From positions 1 through 52,199 of the forward strand of contig JACPMG010000003.1 of NCBI GenBank assembly GCA_016186095.1: DNA of 52,199 nucleotides, written 5' to 3'. The notes under the pieces were generated by a model. That model did no database searches, had not been told where the DNA came from, and was given only the letters and a program-made list of their open reading frames with translations. This DNA is from Candidatus Sungiibacteriota bacterium. GTDB lineage: Bacteria; Patescibacteriota; Minisyncoccia; Sungbacterales; HO2-52-23. The translations under genes and the position numbers were made by a program. Positions 45,244 to 52,199 of the stretch are shown piece after piece (position 1 is the first letter of the stretch; every line of letters begins with the position of its first letter).

Positions 45244-46423
45244 GAAAAAAATCATAAAAAAGAAAAAACCGGTCAGGCGCCAGACAGCGGATGTTAAGAA
45301 GGGGTTGGGCGAGAAACCGCCGTCCAGGAAAGAATCGGCCGAGGAGGCGGAGAAAAAAATTCAGCTGCTTATGAAGAAAGGCCGCGAGCGGGGGTTTGTC
45401 ACTTATTCTGAAATTCTTTATTATTTTCCGACGATTGAGGAGGATATTATGCTTTTGGAGGATTTGTACGCGCGGCTGGAGCGCGAAAATATTCAAATAC
45501 TTGAGTCGAAAGAATTTATTGAAGAAGGAGAAAAAGAAGAAAAAGTCTCCTTGAAAAGAAAAAAACGCGAGGCGGCGCTTGACTTTGAGCAAATGTCGCA
45601 GGATTCCGTGCAGATGTATTTGCGTGAAATCGGGCGTATAGCGCTCCTTACCGGGGACGAGGAGAAAGAGCTTGCCAAGCGGATTGAAAAGGGAGATGAG
45701 GAGGCGCGAAAGAAACTGACACAGGCAAATTTGCGCCTGGTGGTGTCCATTGCCAAGCGCTATGTCGGACGCTCTGCGCATTTAACGCTTCTTGATTTGA
45801 TCCAGGAGGGTAATTTGGGACTTTTTAAGGCAGTAGAAAAATTCGATTACCGCCGGGGGTATAAATTTTCTACCTACGCCACCTGGTGGATTAGGCAGGC
45901 CATCACGCGCGCCTTGGCGGATCAGGCGCGGACTATCCGTATACCGGTGCATATGGTGGAAACAATTTCCAAATATCAGCAAGTCAAGCGCCGACTGGTG
46001 CAAGAACTGGGCCGGGAGCCTTTATCGGAAGAAATTGCTGCCGAGATGAATTTGGAAGTTGAAAAAGTGCATCATCTGGAAAAAATAGAACAGGATACGG
46101 TGTCGCTTGAAGCACCGGTGGGGGATGATGATGAAGATTCGGTGCTCGGCGAATTTATCGTGGACGAAAAAACGCTTAGCCCTTCGCAGGTTGCCGCGCG
46201 GCGGCTGCTGCGCGATCAGCTGAATCATATAATACGGGAGTTAACACCGCGCGAGCAGAAAATTCTTTCCATGCGTTTTGGGCTGGATGATGGTATAACC
46301 CATACTCTGGAAGAAGTGGGCAAGGAGTTTGGAGTGACCAGAGAGCGTATCAGACAAATTGAAGCCAAGGCGCTCGAAAGAATCAGACTCCACGAGACGG
46401 CGAAAAAATTTGAACAATATTGA
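45224..46423 (+). CDS. rpoD: Primary sigma factor sigma70
   Basis: [54 protein letters not shown]...[10 protein letters not shown]; follows dnaG. Confidence 0.97.
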   Translation: MIMPKSKKKIIKKKKPVRRQTADVKKGLGEKPPSRKESAEEAEKKIQLLMKKGRERGFVTYSEILYYFPTIEEDIMLLEDLYARLERENIQILESKEFIEEGEKEEKVSLKRKKREAALDFEQMSQDSVQMYLREIGRIALLTGDEEKELAKRIEKGDEEARKKLTQANLRLVVSIAKRYVGRSAHLTLLDLIQEGNLGLFKAVEKFDYRRGYKFSTYATWWIRQAITRALADQARTIRIPVHMVETISKYQQVKRRLVQELGREPLSEEIAAEMNLEVEKVHHLEKIEQDTVSLEAPVGDDDEDSVLGEFIVDEKTLSPSQVAARRLLRDQLNHIIRELTPREQKILSMRFGLDDGITHTLEEVGKEFGVTRERIRQIEAKALERIRLHETAKKFEQY

Positions 46424-46466
46424 AATTTGTGGTAAATTCTGAATACATTTCAGCGTAGCGAAGTGG

Positions 46467-46494
46467 GCTGAAAGCAAACTGCTTTGCTTTCAGC
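46467..46494. terminator. 12-bp hairpin after rpoD
   Basis: gctgaaagcaaa-ctgc-tttgctttcagc; no U-run follows, so termination is uncertain. Confidence 0.4.
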
Positions 46495-46524
46495 GGGCGA
46501 TTACAATAGAAACCAGTTGAAACC

Positions 46525-46665
46525 TCCGGCGTAGCTCAGTGGTAGACCTGCCTGCCGGTAGGCAGGGCGGCTCGCTGTTCCAATCGGAGGATGATCCGCC
46601 TCTGGCGGAAACGAGAAGGTCCCAGGTTCTCAGCCAAAGGCTGATTCGCCTCCGGCGAAGAATCC
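46525..46665 (+). pseudogene. tRNA-Asn copy interrupted by three palindromic inserts, 3' end missing
   Basis: Removing 46547-46566, 46580-46609 and 46630-46659 leaves 61 nt that match the first 61 nt of the intact tRNA-Asn at 57 positions. Confidence 0.9.
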
Positions 46666-46699
46666 ATAACAATTTTAATTTCATTGTAAAACCATTTTC

Positions 46700-46771
46700 T
46701 CCCCAGTAGCTCAGCGGTAGAGCGGCTCGCTGTTAACGAGAAGGTCCCAGGTTCGAATCCTGGCTGGGGAG
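46700..46771 (+). tRNA. tRNA-Asn(GTT)
   Basis: Acceptor TCCCCAG/CTGGGGA, D arm GCTC/GAGC, CTCG-CT-GTT-AA-CGAG, T arm CCAGG-TTCGAAT-CCTGG; CCA not encoded. Confidence 0.95.
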
Positions 46772-46798
46772 AAAATGGTTTTACTATTTTTTATACAG

Positions 46799-47041
46799 AT
46801 GTTTTTCATATATGTGTTGCAAAGTATTTCATATGGAACGCGTTATGCCGGTAGTACTGATAATATAGAAAAAAGATTGAGCGAACATAATAAGGGCCGT
46901 TGCCGATATACCAGCGGACGCAAGCCATGGGAGATTGTATATCGGGAAAAATTTGAGTCAAGGGGTGAAGCAATGAAGCGCGAAAAATTTCTAAAATCGG
47001 GACAAGGAAGAAAATGGCTAGACGATAATTTATCCGGTTAG
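46799..47041 (+). CDS. Stand-alone GIY-YIG nuclease
   Basis: 80 aa; FIYVLQS...YAGST...RLSEHN...PW...YRE...AMKREKFLKSGQGR. Confidence 0.92.
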   Translation: MFFIYVLQSISYGTRYAGSTDNIEKRLSEHNKGRCRYTSGRKPWEIVYREKFESRGEAMKREKFLKSGQGRKWLDDNLSG

Positions 47042-47092
47042 GTTCTCAGCCAAAGGCTGATTCGCCTCCGGCGAAGAATCCTGCCCGGGGAG
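47040..47092 (+). pseudogene. tRNA 3' fragment with a palindromic insert in the T loop
   Basis: AGGTTC-[30 nt]-GAATCCTGC-CCGGGGA-G. Confidence 0.75.
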
Positions 47093-47148
47093 GTTTGAAT
47101 CGAAACAAAAGTCGTCCAGGGACGAGTGGCTCGCGGGCCAAAGCGAAA

Positions 47149-47164
47149 GTGCGGCGACCATAAT
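47149..47164. repeat. 16-bp inverted repeat, left copy
   Basis: gtgcggcgaccataat; exact reverse complement at 49955-49970. Confidence 0.8.
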
Positions 47165-47208
47165 CTTTTTTTCTTGAACCGCCGGAGAATCGGTGGTTTA
47201 ATGTAATC

Positions 47209-49941
47209 ATGACTGTTGCTCGCGCTTTTCTTTTATTACATGTCGTCATTTTGTGTCTGTCTTTCCTTGCTATTTTTGCGGCAGCTTCAAGCGGCGGCCT
47301 TTTTATCGTTCAAACCAACGGCCCTTCGGCCGGAGCCATAAAGCACGGTTTAGGGTTTTCTCCGGCAAAGCCCGATATTATTTATGTTGATAGATACAAG
47401 TCAACGGACGGCGGCAATACTTGGCGCGAATTTTCTTTGCCTGTAGACGAAGCCGTTCGGGCGATAGCGGTTGACCCCAAAAATGCCGACATAATTTATC
47501 TTGTCGTAAACCATACTATCTATAAAAGTTTTGACGGTGCGGGGTCTTGGCAAAAACTCATCGCTATTGATCCACGAGGCGATAACCCGACCGTCTCCGC
47601 CCTGGCTGTTAATCCGGACAACAGCAACATTGTCTATGCTGGCACAACCCACGGCGATTTGTACAAAACAGCCGATGGCGGCTTAAGCTGGCAGAGTATC
47701 AGCGGTCGGCTTGGCACGAACGCGCCTGTCAGCAGGATTGTTTTCAATCCTCAAAATACCCAAGAAATATATGTCGGCGCCGGAAGCTGGTATTTAAGCG
47801 CGTTAGTCGGGCTCCCCAAAAAGGGCGGAGGGTTGCTAGTTTCAAGAGATGGCGGAGAAAATTTTAAAAAAATTGAGAGCGACTTTAAAAACGATCTGGT
47901 GCAAGATGTTGATGTTTGGGGCAAGACAATTTATGCCAGCGTCCACCACGCGCCCGACTCCAATGAGGAATGGCGCAGAATATACAAATCCGAAGACGGC
48001 GGCGTATCCTGGAAAACCGTTTTGGATAAAAGAATTTTAACTCACGCGGCGGTTAATCCCAAAAACGCGAATCATATTGTCGTATCCGGAGCGGACAACG
48101 AGCCGTTTTATGTCTCAAAAGACGGCGGCGTATCCTGGAAAACAGTGGGCCTTAGCTCGTCTGAACCAATCCGCTACACCCACGAGCTGGAAATAGTGGA
48201 CGACAACCATGTCTATGCTCTTGAATATTACAAGCCATTTATGAAATCGTCGGACGGCGGCTCAAGCTGGCGCTGGTCGTCGGACGGAATAAAAAACAGC
48301 TCCGTTTACGCTCTTCGGATTCATCCGGCTAACAGAAATAAAGTTTTAGCCGGAACCGGAGATGGAGCTTTGCACACCACCTTAGACGGCGGTAAAATTT
48401 GGAAAAGATTTTTTGGCTCAAATCTTGAGGGTGGCAGTATAGCGGCGATAGAATTTAATCCCGCTAGTTCGGCCACTCTTTATTTTGGCGTGACCGGAGC
48501 TACGGACAGAGCGACCGGCAGGTATTTTGGTTCTCCGTGGCGCGATACGGGATTGTATGCGTCAGACGACAGCGGATCAAGCTGGAGTAAAATGCGGGGA
48601 CTGGCCCATCCTTACGGCAGTGGCGACAACCAGCTGGAAGTCTACGACATATTTATCCATCCGCAAAATCCGAATTTAATGCTGGTTGGTACCGCTTCGG
48701 AGGGTATTTATAGGAGTGAAGACGGCGGCAAAACGTGGCGGAACGCTAACAACGGCATCCCCAAAGAAGGATTTTATTGGAATTTAAATCTAAAGCCGGA
48801 AGGCAACACGCCCCGGGAAAGATGCGAAGGGGAATTCAATAAATATAAAGCGGGACAAAAGTTTGATACGGGATGTTTTTATTACGCCACCCATACCAGC
48901 ATGAAGCTCGCGGTTAGACCCAGTAATGCGGATGAAATATGGTACACGACGCTTAACGGCGTTTTTGTATCCCGCGATTCGGGTCGGTCATGGCAGTGGC
49001 TTTCGGATGATCTTAAAAATATTCATGTCCATTTTATGGCTTTTGATCCGCAAGACCCAGATATAATTTATTTGGGCACTCATCAGGGAGCGATAGACAG
49101 CCATGGCAACGTCGCCGATTCTTCCAAGGGTTTACTGATTTCGCGCAATGGAGGAAAAAATTGGTCGCAGACTGCAAGTGGCCCCGGTCAGGGGCATGAC
49201 ATACGGGCGATTGCCGTCAATCCGGAAGATCCTAATATGGTGGTGGTCGGCACCGAAGATCCGCTGTATGTCAGCAGGGACAAAGGCAAAACCTGGACGA
49301 AACTCGCGACCCCAAAATTAAAAGAAGCCGACAGAATACAAATAGACAATTCGGCTAAAATAATTTATATGGGAACGGCTCAAGCGGGCGTGTGGCGGGG
49401 GATAATAGATTATTCGTCATCTAGTCCCTCCCTTATGGAAGTGACCGGAGTAACGGCTCCGGCCGCGGCTAAGGCCGGCGATAATTTTTCTGTGGTAGTT
49501 TCTATTGATAATATAGGCGGTAGGGCGGGATCAATGCCGGTCAATGTAAAAATAGGTGAATTTAATGATGGAAAAACCGCCGATCTTTCTTTTACGGATC
49601 AGAAAACGGTGAACTTTTCCGCGTCCGTAAAAGAAAAGGGTGAATATGATATTTTTGTGAACGGCCAAAGCTACGGGAAAATAACTATCGGCGGCGGTTC
49701 TATTTTTTCGGGGTTATTTGAAAACGAAAAGGGCGAAAGCAAGGGCGAGGAGCAGGCGGCGAGCCGCGAGGAAAAAACGGGGGAGGACGGAAATATTTTG
49801 AAATCAGAAGAGACGGGATATTTTGGGAAATTATTCTGGCCGGTTTTCTGGATTATTTTTGCCGCCACGACTATTTTGGTCGGCCTAAAAATAGCGCCCA
49901 AAATATTCCGCGCCATTTTTAAACGAACCGGCAACAAGTAG
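47209..49941 (+). CDS. BNR/Asp-box (VPS10/sialidase-like) beta-propeller surface protein with CARDB-like domain and C-terminal TM
   Basis: Many S-x-D-G-G-x-(S/T)-W repeats, N-terminal signal/TM, V-x-I-DN-IGG Ig-like domain, terminal TM. Confidence 0.88.
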   Translation: MTVARAFLLLHVVILCLSFLAIFAAASSGGLFIVQTNGPSAGAIKHGLGFSPAKPDIIYVDRYKSTDGGNTWREFSLPVDEAVRAIAVDPKNADIIYLVVNHTIYKSFDGAGSWQKLIAIDPRGDNPTVSALAVNPDNSNIVYAGTTHGDLYKTADGGLSWQSISGRLGTNAPVSRIVFNPQNTQEIYVGAGSWYLSALVGLPKKGGGLLVSRDGGENFKKIESDFKNDLVQDVDVWGKTIYASVHHAPDSNEEWRRIYKSEDGGVSWKTVLDKRILTHAAVNPKNANHIVVSGADNEPFYVSKDGGVSWKTVGLSSSEPIRYTHELEIVDDNHVYALEYYKPFMKSSDGGSSWRWSSDGIKNSSVYALRIHPANRNKVLAGTGDGALHTTLDGGKIWKRFFGSNLEGGSIAAIEFNPASSATLYFGVTGATDRATGRYFGSPWRDTGLYASDDSGSSWSKMRGLAHPYGSGDNQLEVYDIFIHPQNPNLMLVGTASEGIYRSEDGGKTWRNANNGIPKEGFYWNLNLKPEGNTPRERCEGEFNKYKAGQKFDTGCFYYATHTSMKLAVRPSNADEIWYTTLNGVFVSRDSGRSWQWLSDDLKNIHVHFMAFDPQDPDIIYLGTHQGAIDSHGNVADSSKGLLISRNGGKNWSQTASGPGQGHDIRAIAVNPEDPNMVVVGTEDPLYVSRDKGKTWTKLATPKLKEADRIQIDNSAKIIYMGTAQAGVWRGIIDYSSSSPSLMEVTGVTAPAAAKAGDNFSVVVSIDNIGGRAGSMPVNVKIGEFNDGKTADLSFTDQKTVNFSASVKEKGEYDIFVNGQSYGKITIGGGSIFSGLFENEKGESKGEEQAASREEKTGEDGNILKSEETGYFGKLFWPVFWIIFAATTILVGLKIAPKIFRAIFKRTGNK

Positions 49942-49954
49942 CGGACACTACATT

Positions 49955-49970
49955 ATTATGGTCGCCGCAC
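49955..49970. repeat. 16-bp inverted repeat, right copy
   Basis: attatggtcgccgcac. Confidence 0.8.
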
Positions 49971-49996
49971 GGCTCACGCCTGCAAAGATTTATTTA

Positions 49997-50120
49997 CCCT
50001 GAGCCGTGTCGAAGGGCCAAAAATCCAATACGCCATCCGCTGTGCCCTTCCGTAGCTTTAAATTCAATACGCCAGCCGAGTGGCGTATTGAAAAAAGCGA
50101 AGGAGGGGATGGCGTATTGG
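49997..50120. repeat. Cluster of REP-like and triply nested palindromic elements
   Basis: ccctgagccgtgtcgaaggg, then a 14-bp IR (50025-50038/50107-50120) enclosing cccttccgtagcttt...aaagcgaaggaggg, which encloses a 12-bp IR (50063-50074/50081-50092). Confidence 0.85.
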
Positions 50121-50205
50121 GCGGAAACGTTTACCCGCCTAAATTTATAGAATTTTGCAATAAATTCGGCGCGGGGGTTTAATGGGGGAGAAATGCTTAT
50201 AAACT

Positions 50206-50781
50206 GTGACACGAGCGGAATATATCTACAATTCAAAATATTATAATGGCGTAGACCTTATTCAGTTGAGGCCGCGCTCTTTTGCATTCAAAACAATTAA
50301 AACTAAAGACGGAACTCTGGTTGGACTATTTCAGGGTGAACGAGGAGAAAGATCTGATATTGATTTTGTAATAAAAATCCTTATCCCTGGTGCGGATAAA
50401 GTAATGCGACCGCCTACCCATACATTTTGGGTCGTAGATTTGTTATTAAAAATTCCGGAATTTAAGAGTGAAGTAAGAGAAATTGTGCAATATTATATTG
50501 ATTACTATGAACGCACGACCCCTTTTGGATCGGTTGAAGAACGAAATAATTATCAACTCGAGACTGTTGAGGAAATTTCTACACGCTATGTACAATTGGA
50601 ACAGCCATACACGCTTTCATTAGATTACGTTGCGACTGTTATTGAGCTCTTCTGTAAGAATGAAAAAATAAACCCCGGAGCATATATGTTTCGCGATCTA
50701 TTGATTATGCTGAGAGACTATATTGATGGTAGAAGACATTATACTGAGGTGCTTCAGGCCGCGATGCCTGGTTTTAGATAA
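50206..50781 (+). CDS. Hypothetical protein
   Basis: 191-aa AT-rich ORF converging on the restriction-modification genes; start uncertain. Confidence 0.65.
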   Translation: MTRAEYIYNSKYYNGVDLIQLRPRSFAFKTIKTKDGTLVGLFQGERGERSDIDFVIKILIPGADKVMRPPTHTFWVVDLLLKIPEFKSEVREIVQYYIDYYERTTPFGSVEERNNYQLETVEEISTRYVQLEQPYTLSLDYVATVIELFCKNEKINPGAYMFRDLLIMLRDYIDGRRHYTEVLQAAMPGFR

Positions 50782-50797
50782 GTAGATGCGTTAAAAA

Positions 50798-51319
50798 TCA
50801 CTTCGGTACAGGTAGGCCGATTTTTTGTAATGGTAGATAGTTAAAGTAATATTGGCATCCAACCGAAATGACGTAATCAAGAGTATCCTTATACGCAGGA
50901 TTTTTGAACCAATCGTTGAGAATATAAATATATTCTACGTCTATATTTAAAGGAGCCATTAGTTTTCGATACTGTTTTTTCTTAAAATCGCAGGTTTGCA
51001 ATTTTTCATCAACTGATCCGGCAACTTTTTGGAATTTCATCTCAATGATAAAAAGGGTGTTGTTGATGAGCACATAAAGTGCTTCGTCCGGGAAAAGACG
51101 CTTGGATACTAATTTCTTCCAGCCAATCTTTCTTTCTACGAGTAATTTGTATAAACCTTGTTTACGATAACTTCGGGCGACTTCTTTATTTTGAAAATAA
51201 ATGATATTGTTCTTTACGGTATAACCTTTTGCCTTTTTGAGAATATCTAAAATATCGCGTTCCTTTTCAAAGTTAAGCCCCGTTATAGTATTTCCACCTC
51301 CTGTGCCTTTCGTTTTCAT
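50798..51319 (-). CDS. PD-(D/E)xK nuclease, probable type II restriction endonuclease
   Basis: GLNFE...FPDEA...IIEMKFQKVAGSVDEKL; directly downstream of a DNA methyltransferase. Confidence 0.8.
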   Translation of the reverse strand: MKTKGTGGGNTITGLNFEKERDILDILKKAKGYTVKNNIIYFQNKEVARSYRKQGLYKLLVERKIGWKKLVSKRLFPDEALYVLINNTLFIIEMKFQKVAGSVDEKLQTCDFKKKQYRKLMAPLNIDVEYIYILNDWFKNPAYKDTLDYVISVGCQYYFNYLPLQKIGLPVPK

Positions 51320-51329
51320 AAGTTATATT

Positions 51330-52199
51330 TTATGCGGTTAAATATTTTCTTTTAAGGTTGCGGTCCAGTTCTTCAAATCGTTTGATTGATAGGTCTAAAA
51401 ATTTAGGCTCGGTGTCAATGCCAATAAACTTCCTACCATGGAGATATGCTGCGATACCGGTTGTGGAGCTTCCTGTAAAGGGATCAATAACTAAATCTCC
51501 TTTATTTGTGCTTGCGAGTACTATTCTTTTTAACAAATCTTCTGGTTTTTGTGTAGGATGTTTCCCAAACCTCTTTTCTATCGGTCTGGGAGTGCCCATT
51601 GACCAAACCGAGCGCATTTGGAGCCCCGGCTTTTTTAAATTATCCTCCGTCCAATGGCCGTTTTTCATTAGATCATAATTGAATGTGTGTTTTGTTTTTT
51701 TTTCTTTTCTTGCCCAAATTAAAGTTTCGTGGCTTGCAGTAAAATATCGACAACTTAAATTCGGCGATGCGTTTGGCTTAAACCAGGCAATATCGTTTAA
51801 GATATGGTATCCAAGCGCCTGTAAAGCATGACCGCATTGATAAATTGAATGATATGTACCGCTTACCCAAAGTGTGCCATGCGGTTTCAAAACTCTTCGG
51901 CAGGCTTCAAGCCATTTGTAATGAAAATCATAATCGTCCTTAAAACCTCGGCTCTTATCCCAGTCTCCTTTGTTGACACTAACCATTCTTCCGGCATGGA
52001 CCGTAATGCCTCCGTTTGAAAGATTGTATGGGGGATCAGCAAAGACCATATCAACAGAATTTTCGGGAAGTTCGGCTAGAATATCCAAACAGTTTGCTAA
52101 ATAAAGTTTGAATTTTGGCTTTTCGTAATAAGTTTTACTCAGTTTTTCAGGTTTTGTTTTTGCTGTTTCAAATGATATCCATCTTTCAACTGGCTGTTC
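51330..52199 (-). CDS. Beta-class N6-adenine/N4-cytosine DNA methyltransferase (DpnIIB-like), 5' end outside the window
   Basis: FADPPY precedes HPTQKP and DPFTGSSTTG; the frame stays open from 52088 to the window edge. Confidence 0.92.
   Translation of the reverse strand, partial: EQPVERWISFETAKTKPEKLSKTYYEKPKFKLYLANCLDILAELPENSVDMVFADPPYNLSNGGITVHAGRMVSVNKGDWDKSRGFKDDYDFHYKWLEACRRVLKPHGTLWVSGTYHSIYQCGHALQALGYHILNDIAWFKPNASPNLSCRYFTASHETLIWARKEKKTKHTFNYDLMKNGHWTEDNLKKPGLQMRSVWSMGTPRPIEKRFGKHPTQKPEDLLKRIVLASTNKGDLVIDPFTGSSTTGIAAYLHGRKFIGIDTEPKFLDLSIKRFEELDRNLKRKYLTA

Larger units (their letters stand above)
46624..47081 (+). mobile_element. Candidate mini-element (tRNA-Asn plus GIY-YIG gene) between 42-bp exact direct repeats
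   Basis: aggttctcagccaaaggctgattcgcctccggcgaagaatcc at 46624-46665 and 47040-47081; mobility is inferred, not shown. Confidence 0.55.

Noticed and set aside
46547..46659. Group I/II introns or inteins as the explanation for the inserts
   Set aside because: At 20-30 nt in tRNA and about 20 aa in proteins they are far too short and lack catalytic cores or intein termini.
46490..46684. 64-aa minus-strand ORF, and the similar one at 47046-47249
   Set aside because: Translations of the interrupted tRNA and palindromes, not proteins.
1..52199. Retron, diversity-generating retroelement, prophage or IS transposase
   Set aside because: No reverse transcriptase, integrase, transposase or phage structural module is recognisable in the ORF set.

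Overview
Bacterial chromosomal window, most likely from a Patescibacteria/CPR (Parcubacteria-like) genome. This is inferred from the lone VirD4-like ATPase, ArnT-like glycosyltransferases, large Thr/Ser-rich surface proteins and many apparently leaderless genes. It carries housekeeping genes (dnaX, typA, DEAD-box helicase, cold-shock protein, lemA, htpX, dnaG, rpoD), a copper/redox cluster ending in a P1B-type ATPase, two toxin-antitoxin loci (hicA frameshifted), a restriction-modification pair, and three intact tRNAs (Gln-TTG, Ser-GGA, Asn-GTT). The most unusual signal is a set of short palindromic elements of several families. (1) They interrupt a second tRNA-Asn copy at three precise positions. 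(2) They sit in-frame inside dnaX, typA, dnaG, the Cu-ATPase and other genes. (3) They nest inside one another. Two of the intact tRNAs are enclosed in long inverted repeats and lie between 5' and 3' pieces of a degenerate tRNA. At the Asn locus the tRNA and a stand-alone GIY-YIG nuclease gene are bounded by a 42-bp exact direct repeat. A promoter-driven, highly structured ~340-nt minus-strand RNA candidate lies at ~115-457. All calls come from manual reading of the sequence; no database searches were run.
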